A stretch of 64,000 bases of DNA, from NCBI GenBank assembly GCA_964016885.1, contig OZ024742.1, positions 118,420,001-118,484,000 of the forward strand. The letters are read 5' to 3'. How positions within the stretch are numbered: position 1 is the first letter of the stretch; every line of letters begins with the position of its first letter. The stretch is from Eledone cirrhosa (lineage: Eukaryota). Both the position numbers and the translations under genes were made by a program. This document shows, in pieces, positions 1-14,367 of the stretch. Under the pieces are notes generated by a model that did not search any database, was not told where the DNA came from, and saw only the letters and a program-made list of their open reading frames with translations.

Positions 1-79
1 AAGATAGGACCTCAGAGTAATAACATACGTTTAAATAGCTTGACAAATCGAACATTGTGGTAGGCGAAACTAACACACA

Positions 80-139
<60 letters not shown>

Positions 140-290
140 GATGAGCAGAACAAACAAACATTAAACAATCCTTTAAATAAATTAAAAAATGATTTAAATA
201 TCTACCTGTTCGTAATGCTATTACCGTCGGTTTCGAATAGACACCCTATATATCTCTATGGGTACTTACTACTCAGAGAGTTATTTACCT

Positions 291-422
<132 letters not shown>

Positions 423-503
423 GGTAAACAGAAATAACAACACAATCGGTACAGTATATGTAAGGAATATATTAGGTTAACGCTTGATATAGCAGGAAGA
501 GGG

Positions 504-539
504 TCTTAACGTTTCGGACGCTAGTCTTTCATCAGAAGA
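504..539 (-). ncRNA. Minimal type I hammerhead ribozyme motif in a short PLE-end-like repeat (other copies 28992-29027 minus, 37509-37542 plus)
   Basis: Minus strand reads tctt-CTGATGA-a-agac-tagc-gtcc-GAAA-cg-TT-aaga; flanking sequence is homologous in three dispersed copies. Confidence 0.65.
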
Positions 540-1029
540 AATAAGGAAAAATAAGATAGATTGAAGGGACGGGCGGGTTGGATTTGGAAAAAAATGTCTT
601 TAGATAAAAATAACAGGTACATTCATATTGACATACATATATACCGTATATGTATGCATGTGTATGAATTCAAATAGTCCTCCATACACAACATTTTCTG
701 TGTACAAAGGTAATATACACACAATTAAGGGTACTGATTTTTCTACGTAAGACATGGTAACGCAGCACCCACCTCATTGATTATATTAATATTTCTTTTG
801 GATCAAACCTAATATATATATATATATATTTAAGGATGGTCAAGTTGCCAATATTGCCAATAGAAACACACCCACCATATAATTTTTACTTTATCTTTAT
901 TGTTCTTTCGTCACACATTATGTGACCTCCTCAATGACTATCTGCTTTGTGTCTCCTCTTTTACCTGGTCTTAAACTTCTACTCCATCTTGTCTTTGTGT
1001 TCTGGTGCGTTTTTCTTATTGTTATTATT

Positions 1030-1725
1030 ATTATTTTCTTGTTCTTCTTTTTCTTCTCCCACTTATTTCTTGGGGGATCGTGAGGTCAAAATCCTCAGAC
1101 ATGTCTTCCAGAGGGTTCCTAAAAGGAAACGAGCTGAGCTCTTTCGTTTTATCCAATCATCTTGCTCGTGGTCTTCCTCTGCGGATCCTACCGGTGTAGT
1201 TTGTCTATAAAATCTGACCAACGACTCTTTCCTTAGACATTCCCAAAACATCTCTCTAGTATCAGAGCTGTGATCCTTCGATTCGGAGAAGTAGTAGCTC
1301 TGCCTGGCATAACATCCTGATCACCGAGCCATATTACTCCAAATACCTTTCAGAGCATCACCGAGGAATATTACTCCAAATATCTTTCAGAGGAACCCCA
1401 TTTCGGCCGCTTGTATTCGCCATCGTACTCTTTTGGTCATTACCCAAGATTCCTGACCATTGGTAAGCGCTGATACAAATACCGAACTGATGACCAAACG
1501 CTCAAGTTGGCGCATTACCTCACCATATCATGCAATTCTTGCATTTAATCCAAACTCCTTCTTTCCATCACTCGTGAACACGGCCCCGAGATACTAGAGC
1601 CACTTCACCTGCTTCAGTGTAACTCCACTCACATGTAGAGTGTACTGCGCAGGCTTTCTTGTGTGGACAAGTATCTCTGTCTTCGCAGCACTGATTTTCA
1701 TTCCAGTCATGAAGTAAACCTATGC
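1030..1725 (-). mobile_element. Decayed 3' fragment of an RTE-clade LINE
   Basis: Minus-strand translation gives LKQVKWL*YLGAVFTSDG and the GRPRAR-W-D C-terminal motif; several stops and frameshifts. Confidence 0.7.
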
Positions 1726-1959
1726 AGTGCATGACAAAGATCATTCCATGATCTTTCTCAGAAAAAGAAGATAGAGTACATCAAATAAAATAGCCGACAT
1801 GATGGAGCAAGTATAGTTGTTGAGAAGGTCACCTAGGAATAGATTAAGCACCTGACTAAGCATAAAACCCAAGTGAAAAACATGGTGCGTGTGTTTTTAT
1901 TGGTAGCATGACCCTCCCGAAGTATAGAAATATCTGTTTCAAATATATATATATACATA

Positions 1960-2047
<88 letters not shown>

Positions 2048-2084
2048 GTGTGTGTGTGTGTCTGTGTGTAAGCATGTATATATT

Positions 2085-2483
<399 letters not shown>

Positions 2484-2615
2484 AAAGTTATATTTAAAAT
2501 TGTTGGGTTACAACTAGTAAATATTTATAACTGGTATAAAAGCACTCGACAAATATTTGGAGTATATTTATTACAATATTAAATAAATGGAAAACTATAT
2601 TTATAAAACCATATT

Positions 2616-2680
2616 TATTTCATTATATATATTTCGGGGATATCATATTAACAATATGCTATGCCTTCATCAGACAAAAT
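2616..2680 (-). ncRNA. Hammerhead ribozyme motif in PLE pLTR (inverted copy at 6105-6170 plus)
   Basis: tattttgt-CTGATGA-[stem II containing catatt/aatatg hairpin]-GAAA-tatata-TA-atgaaata; stem I 8 bp with two G-U pairs. Confidence 0.75.
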
Positions 2681-4158
2681 ACAATATAAACAGTTTTATA
2701 GACAAATAGGTTCGACATACCGTTATAACACCGACTTCATTTGAAGAGGTTTACTCTGGCTGTGAAAAAATTTTACACAGAGAGAAAGACAAAGAGAGAA
2801 AACAGAAAGAAAGACAGAAAACGAAGAAAAGGAAGAAAAAGAAGAGAAAGAGGAAATGCATGGAACAAAATAGAGAGATGGAAAGATAGATAAAGCGAAG
2901 AACTTCATGTAAAGAAACAGAAAGAGATATATATATAGAGAGAGAGAGGAAATAGATACATATATATATATATATAGAAAATTAGGTAGTGGGAGGTCAT
3001 TTTGAGTAAATGTATCAATGATACGTTTATTTATTTATTTATTTATTTATTTAGCTCAAGTATTAATGTAAGGGAGATATATATAGAGAGAAAAAAAATA
3101 TAGAGAGAGGAGAGGAAAACAATAGAGAGAGGAAAAAATAGCGAGAGAAAAAAATTTAAAAATAGCCAGATATATTCGAGGCGTAAAAATCCTATGTTTT
3201 AATGTATTAATATTTATAAAACTTACACTATATTGTAAATATCAGTATTCCTGAATGAGACAAGTATCTATAATGTGTGAAAATTAATTATCTTATGTTT
3301 AGTTTTAAAAAAAATTCATATGTTTATGTGACAGCTACAAACATCCATGCGAATCTAACTGATTCACTCTGCAAAACTCTAAGTTCACGGAAAACGTTCT
3401 CAATGTGGTATAAAAATTTGAGCATACAAATATGTGTATTATTATTCATGTCATTACTCTACCAGATTATCTATCAAGCAGAAGTAGAGAGCAGATTTCA
3501 ATATACTAATAAAAATATATATCATAAACAAAACTAAAAATAAAAAGATAACAATAATAATAATAAGTAAGAATATAGAATAGAACACTAAAAAATTAAA
3601 AAATAAAAATATTACGAAAGAATATTACATAATAAAAATATTATATATTAAGCATAATACGTATTAAAAATATTACGTATTAAAAATTTACATATTAAAG
3701 ATATTAAAAATACAATAAAAATAAAAAATATAAAATATTATAGAAAATATTATAGAATACTACAATAATAAAAATAAAAATAAAAATAAAAATAAAAATA
3801 CACCACAAAGATCAACCCTTCAAAGTTAATTGACAATATATTGCCAAGTTCTTTACAAGACAAAGCCAAAAATTATCCATCAAATCACATCTAGCAAAGA
3901 TCATTTCAAAAAGATTATGATGTCCAATTAGGTCTATATATGTTCTTATATTTAATATAGAAGTTTATCTAGTGTAAGGTTTATTCAAAAATTTGGAGCA
4001 TCAGCTTTTAGGGTAGCTTAATTTTTCATGAGGAATGTTTAGATAAAAATAAAATAAAAATAAACAATAAAAAGAGAGTAAAAAGAAGGAATCAAAGATT
4101 TAGGAATCAAAAATTTATCGGCTAGTTTCCCATATAAATATAAATCAAACTAAATATA

Positions 4159-4818
4159 CTACATTTTAAATTTAAATTTATATTTAAACGTTGAGTTTAA
4201 TCTATGTTTGCAACAACTGAATAAATTTGTCCGTAGGTTAAGGGAATTTTTAGATTTTAGTATAAAGAATATCTCCTCTGCGCAGAGGTCACATGTCTCA
4301 GAGGATGAATTAAAAGGAATCCCTCTTGAGACTATATTCCAAGCCGTCGAATATCTAACGTTATCTAGCTTAAGTTGCCAGAGTACGCCTGATAGTGCCG
4401 TTGAAGATTTTTTATTTGGATCTGTGAAAGAATTCTTGTGGTTATTATAGCGAAGTTTAAATTCCGTCGATGTGGAACCGACGTAGTTAAAAGAATTAGA
4501 GTCAGTATTAACATTACAATTGTATACTATATTTTTAACTAAGCAGTTGTTATTTAACGGACATTTAGATCTATCTCTACAGTTACATTTGTTAACTTGT
4601 ATATTATTTATGCTATTATCAGTAGGTTTTAAGTTCCTATTATTTATTCTATTAATATTTTGTGCTAAATTTTTAGTGGATGAGTAGGTTAATTTAATTG
4701 TATGCCTATTGAAAATTGAGTGATACCTATGTGTTCTAGGGAAGCGATTATCAAGAGCTTTGAAAAATAGTTTAGCGATGTGGGTTTTAATGTTTAGTGA
4801 GAAAGGGGGGCAAACCAA
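4159..4818 (-). pseudogene. PLE GIY-YIG endonuclease region (Naiad-type), frameshifted from the RT
   Basis: CNCRDRSKCPLNNNC (CxCx5Cx5C), IVY...YVG, FKLRYNNHKNSF, CDLC, CKH; frameshift at WF(C)PPFS near 4810. Confidence 0.9.
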
Positions 4819-5780
4819 ATTATGTTCCTAGTTCTATTTCTTTTTTGTCCTTTGGAATTATTGTAATGCTTTCTATTATAGTTGTTAATGTTGTTGCCGT
4901 AATTAAAAAAGTTGTTACTTTGTTTAGTTTGTCTATCATTATCTATGTACACAATCTTATCAGCATATCCTGCCCTAGCTAGTGCTTCATTATAGTATTG
5001 GGCCTTTTCGTCGAAAATCAATCTATTCGACGAGATCCTAGAGATACGTTTTTGAACTGAGTTTACTATAGTGTTTTTGACAGATCTGGGGTGGTTAGAG
5101 TTAAAGTTGACATAGTTTAAGTTTTCATTCAACTTGTGAAAAGGATAGTGGAGACATGTGTTGAGATTTAATGTTATATCTAGGAAATTGACTATTCTAT
5201 GGTTGTTCTCAATTTCTATTTTAAGGTTAAAGTAATTAAAAAATTTTGTAATTTGTTTCCATTTTCTATTTAGTTCAGGGTTATTATTATTAATAAGTAA
5301 AAGCATGTCATCCCTATATAAACCTCCGGTAGTACCAGGTATTTTCCTATGTAGCGAATTGATTAAAAATAAGCCCACAAGGTCAGTTACCTGAGCTGAG
5401 TCGGAAGATCCCATAGTTATGTCAAAATTGCTATCTCTATCTGCTCTGGTCCATAATTTGTCATTAAATTCTATCAAAGTTTTCCTAGCCGATAATATAA
5501 TATGCATTTCTTTGCTAGTTAGGTCGGTATGTTTGAATGCGTAATTTAGTGCCTTATTTAGTAGACTAGGGGTAATAGAAGAATAATAGTTAGCTATATC
5601 AAGTTGAATAAACCTATTATTATTGTTATATTTAATTTGCCTAAACCACTCAACAACCTCTCCAGTTCCCTTCCACAAGCTCAGGTTAGATACACAATCC
5701 AAGTTCTTAATTTGCTGTATCACCCTGTCAAGAATGTTTTTGCTTAATTTGCCCAGGTCCGATTTTGAAGGTGCGATCAA
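4794..5780 (-). pseudogene. PLE reverse transcriptase core and thumb
   Basis: QLDIANYYSSI, FDITMGSSDSAQ, GGLYRDD, VNFLDITLNL, SNHP motifs. Confidence 0.92.
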
Positions 5781-6249
5781 TCTAACTGGCAGGTCATTTT
5801 CAAAATTTCTATATATATATATATATGTATCTATTTCCTCTCTCTATATATATATATATCTCTTTCTGTTTCTTTACATGAAGTTCTTCGCTTTATCTAT
5901 CTTTCCATCTCTCTATTTTGTTCCATGCATTTCCTCTTTCTCTTCTTTTTCTTCCTTTTCTTCGTTTTCTGTCTTTCTTTCTGTTTTCTCTCTTTGTCTT
6001 TCTCTCTGTGTAAAATTTTTTCACAGCCAGAGTAAACCTCTTCAAATGAAGTCGGTGTTATAACGGTATGTCGAACCTATTTGTCTATAAAACTGTTTAT
6101 ATTGTATTTTGTCTGATGAAGGCATAGCATATTGTTAATATGATATCCCCGAAATATATATAATGAAATAAATATGGTTTTATAAATATAGTTTTCCATT
6201 TATTTAATATTGTATATATATATATAAATATATAGATGCTTACACACAG

Positions 6250-6285
<36 letters not shown>

Positions 6286-6298
6286 CCGTGTGTTATTG

Positions 6299-6812
<514 letters not shown>

Positions 6813-6815
<3 letters not shown>

Positions 6816-7021
6816 GTTGTTTGCTCTAATCAGAGCAAACAACACGAACACTCTATCTCAAAATTACTTTTGAAAAGCATTTAGAAATGCGCAACCGGTA
6901 AAAACTTAAAAACTTAAAACCACAACTGAATACTAATCCATACAATTACTAATACTCTTTTATTCCTAATTAAACCATTTTTCAACTGTGAACAATTTGT
7001 TAGCATTTTCTATTCCGTTTA

Positions 7022-7026
<5 letters not shown>
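6813..7026 (+). mobile_element. PLE 3'-end fragment (same family as 43625-45980) with a variant HHR at about 6866-6904 and a 5' fold-back hairpin at 6813-6846
   Basis: Homologous to the reverse complement of 43625-43810; TTGAAAA-gcat..atgc-GCAA-ccgg-TA-aaaa; cgtgttgtttgctct/agagcaaacaacacg. Confidence 0.75.
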
Positions 7027-7068
<42 letters not shown>

Positions 7069-7254
7069 ATACTTGAGGAGGGTCATATTGTTGTAATAAT
7101 ATTGCAAGAAATAATAACAGAACACACTCACTGTTTGGTTGTTTTTCGCTTCTGTATCTTTTATATCTCCATAGTTAATTCATTTGGCCATCAATGTTTA
7201 TCACTGACTGACCAACGGTCAAAAATACAGATATAAATACATATATATAGTCTA

Positions 7255-7294
7255 ACAAAGTTCTTTCGTTGCACATCTGCAACATCATCAGTGG
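7255..7294 (-). ncRNA. Minimal hammerhead motif
   Basis: ca-CTGATGA-t-gttgca-gatg-tgcaac-GAAA-gaac-TT-tg; same layout as 30152-30192. Confidence 0.6.
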
Positions 7295-7439
7295 GATTAT
7301 TATCATGTTTCCCCTGCTGTATTGTATGTATTGTAGTGTCTACGCCATTTTTTATTTTATTTATTATATATATATGCTGAAGTAAAAGTTAAGTGGTAAT
7401 ATCCAAGAGTAAGAGCACTCAGTCCATAGGACGAGTTTA

Positions 7440-7590
7440 GTATAAATAATTACAACAGTGACATAAAGAAGTACTCAAGATTCGTTGGTTTCTGGGCCCC
7501 AATTTCTCCAGCCTGTCTGAAGAAATTGGGGCCCAGAATCCAACGAAACTTGAGTACCTGTTTATGTCAATATTTTAATTATTTATATAT
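7440..7590. repeat. Imperfect palindrome made of two back-to-back hammerhead motifs
   Basis: Plus arm CTGAAGA..ttgg..ccaa..GAAA-cttga-GTA-cctgt (7517-7561); minus arm acagg-CTGGAGA..GAAT-cttga-GTA; axis near 7514. Confidence 0.75.
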
Positions 7591-7797
7591 ATATTTATAC
7601 AAATAAAAAGCAGGTCGGGGAGATGAAATAGTTATTGAGACGGTCAGTATATTTCATTCTGTATTTTCCGTTTGCTTCAGGTTAAATTTGTCAAACTAAC
7701 GTGGTATTTCAACCCTCGTAATTTTAGACACAATTTACTGTGTTTATTACTACATATATTATTATATATTTATATATATCTGTGTGCGTGTGTTTAC

Positions 7798-7838
<41 letters not shown>

Positions 7839-7843
7839 CGTGA

Positions 7844-7895
<52 letters not shown>

Positions 7896-8359
7896 GAGAG
7901 AGTGTGTGTGTGTGTATGCGAGTGTGTACTTCTTTGATAGTGAGTGTCTCTGACTCTGCATGTAACTGTGTACATATCTGTATGCACGTGGGTGAACTTA
8001 CGCAAGAATTATATTCTATCTGAGCTATGAAGGGAATTCTTTTCTGAGATTAATATTACATTAAGTAAAACACAAAAGAGTGACGTTTCATTTGAAGATA
8101 TTCATAAACAGAAATGGAAATATGCAATAAACTCAATATTTAAATCACTGGTGGTGGCCTATTAAGCCTTAGGTAACTATTCCAATCCATTATTATTAAA
8201 GTTTCCAAGAATACCACCTCGAAGGCAATCTATTCACCAAAGTCACGTTTGCAATACATTAGGTAGACTATTCAATGTGTAGGATATTCAATAAGGACAT
8301 ACTATATATATATATATTAGAATAACATTAAGAAAGATGGTGTGTTTAGAGAGAGAGAG

Positions 8360-8961
<602 letters not shown>

Positions 8962-9159
8962 AAAATATACGATAAAGTACGAAGAAAATAAGCAAGTCAA
9001 AACAGATATTAGCTATTGATTTGCAGCTAAAAAGTATACGAGCAATCCATCTGTGGCAAATTAATTTCATGGAATAAAAAACAACTCTTGAAAATGTAAT
9101 CTTACAAGAGAGAGAAAATAATATATTTGAATACCTGAATATCTAATGTACCAGAACAA

Positions 9160-9186
9160 TAACTACTGCTGTTGCAGCAGCAGCAG

Positions 9187-9235
<49 letters not shown>

Positions 9236-9240
9236 GGCTG

Positions 9241-9272
<32 letters not shown>

Positions 9273-9560
9273 GCTGCTACTACTACTACTACTTCTACTA
9301 TTACTACTACCTCTACTACTACTACTACTACTGCCACTCCATTATTGCTACTTCTACTATCACTACTACCATTACTACCACCACCACTACTACTACTACT
9401 ACCAGCACTACTACTACTACCACTACTACTACTACCTTCTGCCACTACTACTACTTCTATCACTACTATCACTACTACTACTACTACTACTACTACTACC
9501 ACTACCACTACTACTACCATAACTACTACCACAACTACTACCACAACTACTACTATTATT
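9160..9560. repeat. (CTA)n/(CTG)n trinucleotide microsatellite
   Basis: Direct reading. Confidence 0.95.
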
Positions 9561-9736
9561 AATGCTGCTGTTTCTGCTGTTTCTATGAACATCTGATGAT
9601 AGAATGTGTGCCCACTAACAATTGTGTAAATTTATCAACAATAAGTTAAAAATTATTTTTAAAGATTTCAAAGTTATGAAATAAAATAGATTTGATAAAA
9701 TATCAGAGACTGAGAATTTGTGTAGGATATTTTTCG

Positions 9737-9921
9737 TGGATTGGTAGTATAGGTAGAGGGTCGGACGCCATGCTTTGACGTATAGAGTTACGGCCCTTGC
9801 CATTCTGAGTTCAAATCCCGCCGAGGTTAACTTTGCCTTTCAACCTTACGGGGTCGATAAAATAAAGTACCAGTAATGTACTGGGTAATTGCTGGCCTTG
9901 TGCCAAAAGTAGAAACAATTA
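9737..9921 (+). mobile_element. tRNA-derived SINE with a Meta-like central domain
   Basis: B-box gagttcaaatcc followed by gcctttca.ccttacggggtcgataaaataaagtaccag; many copies in the window. Confidence 0.8.
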
Positions 9922-11084
9922 TACGTCTTTCGAGTACTTGAATTTCAATTTCAATTTAAAAATAAACTGTAAATCGTATCCGGCAAATTCCTAATTAGGA
10001 ATATCTGTTTTAACAAGGGCCAAATCTCTATATTTGTCGTCTTTTCATTAGATGCTAATTATTTGAATCTCCACTCTTGCGCAAACAATTTAAATAGATT
10101 TGATTATTAATACCATTCGAATTTGAGAAATTTCAAAATAATTTTCGTTTTTTTTTTTTGTATTTTCTTACTTTACTTTCCATTTAGAAAATATATTCCA
10201 ATTTAGGAAGTTCGCTGCCTTTTTGCTCCAAGAGCAAACTTACAGATTGTTCACACAAATATCTAATCCCAGATTTCGTGTTTGAATATTTAGAATAGCA
10301 AATTAAATTAGTAGTTGTTTTGTTCTGTTTGTTTTTTGTGTAACTATAATATAAGTATTTAATTATTTTGATATAACCACCTGTATGACTATAGTTTCCC
10401 AGGATTTCGAGAATAATTTTGTTTGTTGGGTGGAGTAATGATAAAAAAAAAAAGAATTTAACTTGAGAAACACAACTAGGAAACCTTTAGAAAATTGCAG
10501 AACCTTAAAAATGATTTCTTTACCCTAAATTAAAGAACACTGTTCTTTAAAATTTTGTAAATAAATACATTTTGTATTATATATTTACTTTCTAATATAG
10601 TTTTCATTCTTTTCTGCCATGTCACTGTTTTCCCATCTTTCTAAAACCACTAGAGGTTTCTATTGAAATATGTTTACATATAACTATAGCAATATACAAA
10701 CAATATCAATCATAGTGGACATCTGTTTTAGCTTAACTATTCATTCAGTTTGCTAAACTATCTATCATAATGGATTATTTCTTTTTTTTTTCTTTCTTCC
10801 ATAAGTATGCTACGTTTATCGTGATGCATTAAGTTGTGCATTTTAAAGCAGCCCGGTGCTAGAGTGCAGTGTTGTAGCTTGAATTTAGCCATGATGGTTT
10901 AAACAAGCTAAGTAAGAAATGAACATAACTATTTATGAAGGTTTCTGAAATATATACGTAGTCTGGTGAGATTGTATGTTGTATTCGTTGTAGACAGCAA
11001 AATTATATTAATCAAAATAAGTTCGAAACTTTTGATTATACTGTACTGTACTTTGAAAGTATCAGTAATATACAGGTAATTAAG

Positions 11085-11262
11085 TAATTCTTTCTACTTT
11101 TGGCACAAGGCCAGCAATGATCCAGTGCATTACTGGTACTTTATTTTATCGATCCTGTAAGGATGAAAGTAAAAGTTAACCTCGGCGGGATTTGAACTCA
11201 GAATGGCAAGGGCCATAACTATGCGTCAAAGCATGGCGTCCGACCCTCTACCGATATGCCAA
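11085..11262 (-). mobile_element. Same Meta-like SINE family
   Basis: Reverse complement of 9737-9921. Confidence 0.8.
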
Positions 11263-12209
11263 TCCAAATGTAGTTTGATTAGCTTTCGTTCAATTATTTA
11301 TAAAATAAAGGTATTTAAGCCTCGTAAAAGAAAAATTCTCATTCAAATATATAATAAAGACGTAAAAAAAAAGAGTAAACGGACGTAAATCAAAAGATAA
11401 AATCTAAATAAATTCAGTATGCTATACGGTGCTTTTTCAAATTATATCCGAAATTATTTCTTTTCATCTCTCTCTCTCTCTCTCACACACATACTCTCTC
11501 TCTCTCTATCTATCTATATATATATCATCTATATGGCACTAGACCATTTGCTCGTGCACTCTACCTATCTCTCTTTCTTTCTGATGGCGAATTGGCAGAG
11601 TATTCAGCAAATTGGCAGTGTCGTTAGAGCGTTGGATTAACACCTCTGCATTTATTTCCACTCATAGCGCTCTGGGTTCAAATCTCGCCGACATAACTTC
11701 CTTTCATCCTTTCAGTGTTGATAAAAATACCAAACCATGAACGGTGCATTTCTGGAATTGTTAAAGAGTCGGACAAGATGCTTCGCTATATCTGATCTGT
11801 ATGTTCTGAGTTCAAATTCAACTTCTTTCTCCTATGAGGTGCGACTGGCAGATAATATCAGCAATGGAAAGACTAATTGAAACATTGTTTCCTTGGTTCG
11901 ATCTGGCGATCACCTCCGTTACTCCCCTTTTCTTCATCTTTGATCGTTATAAACAACTTGAAGAAATATTCTTGGCAGATGGCTCAGCTTAATAGATCAC
12001 CTGAATATATTCTCTTCACCAATAATCTATATATAGTAGAATACAATCCATTTTTGGTCAATACTTCAGATGATTTTTAGACTTTGCTAAAACGCATTAT
12101 CTATATATGTTACAAGAAATGGTGAATACGGAGAATAAAGTGTTAAACAAAAAGATCTAGCGACAGCATTTAAAATGATACTATTAATATCAGTAATTAT
12201 ATTATCTTA

Positions 12210-12803
12210 CTAGCAGTGGTACCCGGCGTTGCACGGGATAAGGTATTTTAGAACGCGGGCCGCCAACAGACCTAATCGTGGAAAAACTGCATCCCTGGAC
12301 AATATGTAAAGAAAATAAACCGAATACTCTGATGGCTGGATAATCTTTAAGGTTTTCCTCGATGAAACAGGAAAAATGCAGGTTTTCACCTAATGCGGTT
12401 TTCACCTAGGGGATCAAGAAAATGAATTTTTTTTATGTGCATAATATATGCCTTGAAATTTCGGGGAAATCGGTTAGACGTAACGCCTCAAAAAAGCCCT
12501 AAAAAGCTGAAAAAATGAAGTTTTTCACCTAATGCAGGCCCTAGGCCATAACAAGTTGGATTTTCTTTGCTCACTGTATGAAGAAGAGACTGACTAATAC
12601 ATAGTTACAATTTCAAGGAAATCGGTCTGACGTAACGCCTCAAAAAACCCCTAAAAAAGCTTTAAAAACGCAGTTTTTCACCTAATGCGGGCCCTAGGGA
12701 ATCAAAAAGTTGCATAACACTCCCTGAAACATAAGTAATACACATGTAAAGTTTGAAAAAAGTCGGTTGGGTGCTTCTCGAGTTTTAGGGATTCAAACTC
12801 ACA

Positions 12804-12841
<38 letters not shown>

Positions 12842-13140
12842 TCCTCAGGGAAGTGACGTTATGCAGACAGACAGACATACAGACAGATATTATAAGGGCG
12901 CGACGTTATATATATATGTATTTATCTAAAAAGAGAAAGACTAACAATTATAAAGAGAGATCGCTAAATCGCCTAATGCGGTCCCTAGGGCATTGAAAAT
13001 TTGAATATTTTTTTGCTCAGAACACTCCCTGAACCATAAGTATTACATGTGTACGTCGGTTGGGTGCTTCTCGAGTTTTAGGGATTCAAACTCACACACA
13101 CACACACACACACATACATCCTCAGTTTTATATATATAGA
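12210..13140 (-). mobile_element. Non-autonomous Helitron
   Basis: Minus strand begins TC (13140) and ends CTAG (12210); inserted between A and T; subterminal hairpin cccggcgttgcacggg 12222-12237; internal subrepeats (ttttcacctaatgcgg) and (CA)n/(CAGA)n. Confidence 0.85.
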
Positions 13141-13347
13141 TTATCTCACATATTTCAGTAAGTAGACTGTGGTCATAGCGTTTTAGACAAAGCTATCGAC
13201 CCCAGTACTAAGTTTTTCAATTTTGGCATATTTTCTATCGCTCTCCTTTTGGCAAACTGCTAATTTATGTGACGTAAAGAAAGACACGAATACATATATA
13301 AACACACACGCACGCATCCACGCACATGAACACACACACACACACAC

Positions 13348-13471
<124 letters not shown>

Positions 13472-13535
13472 ACAAATATATATACATATATATAAATAAA
13501 TACATATATATATATATACCAATATATATATACAC

Positions 13536-13638
<103 letters not shown>

Positions 13639-13724
13639 AACATTATATTCTTTCGTCTCTGTACTGTGTGAGAAAATGACACCAATGAAGAATAAAAATA
13701 GCTATATTAGTGCTATTGCCAATA

Positions 13725-13763
<39 letters not shown>

Positions 13764-13953
13764 ATTTACGTATCGAGAGAGAGAAGAAGAGATAGGTGAT
13801 ACATGTAGTTATTTGCCAATAGCATATGCAAAACGTGCTCAATACTTGTGCCTGCAGTGTTACAATCTAGTGGGCGAGAGAATAAGCAGAGCGGATACAC
13901 GTGGAGAAGTATATAAAGGAGAACAAACCGTTAAAACATGTTTATTTAAAACA

Positions 13954-13995
13954 GCACCTACGTACGTTTCGCCCGAAAGGGCTTCTCAATGGCAT
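13954..13995 (-). ncRNA. Variant hammerhead (U3-A8 core); inverted copy 16274-16315, homologue 40128-40170
   Basis: tgcca-TTGAGAA-gccc-tttc-gggc-GAAA-cgtacg-TA-ggtgc. Confidence 0.7.
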
Positions 13996-14367
13996 AAAAA
14001 ACTAAAAAGCGTTCCTGACATGACCCAGAATGGGTTTTAGAGATAAGTTCACATCACAGTTCATTCTTCGTGAAAAACATGTATTGATTTTGCAGTAGGT
14101 CAAGGGAGATAACACTAGCCGGTGTTAGAGCAGTGTTCCCCAGGCTACTTTTTTACCCGTTAGTATGTTGTGGTTACTGCTTTACCATTGTCGATTCACG
14201 CAGGGTCAGGGATGCAAAGTTAGTTTCCAGATGTTTCTTTGCAGCGCCTGCCCGCCGGGGTCGATTCACACCGGGTCTGGGATGCATGGTTAGTTTCCAG
14301 ATGTTTTTTGCAGCGCCTGCCCGCCGGGGTGTTAAAGTTTGGTGCAGGGTGACCCCGTTTACGGTTT

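Noticed and set aside
9143-9596. Poly-Tyr, poly-Thr, poly-Leu and poly-Val ORFs
   Set aside because: Trinucleotide microsatellite open in several frames with no flanking coding context
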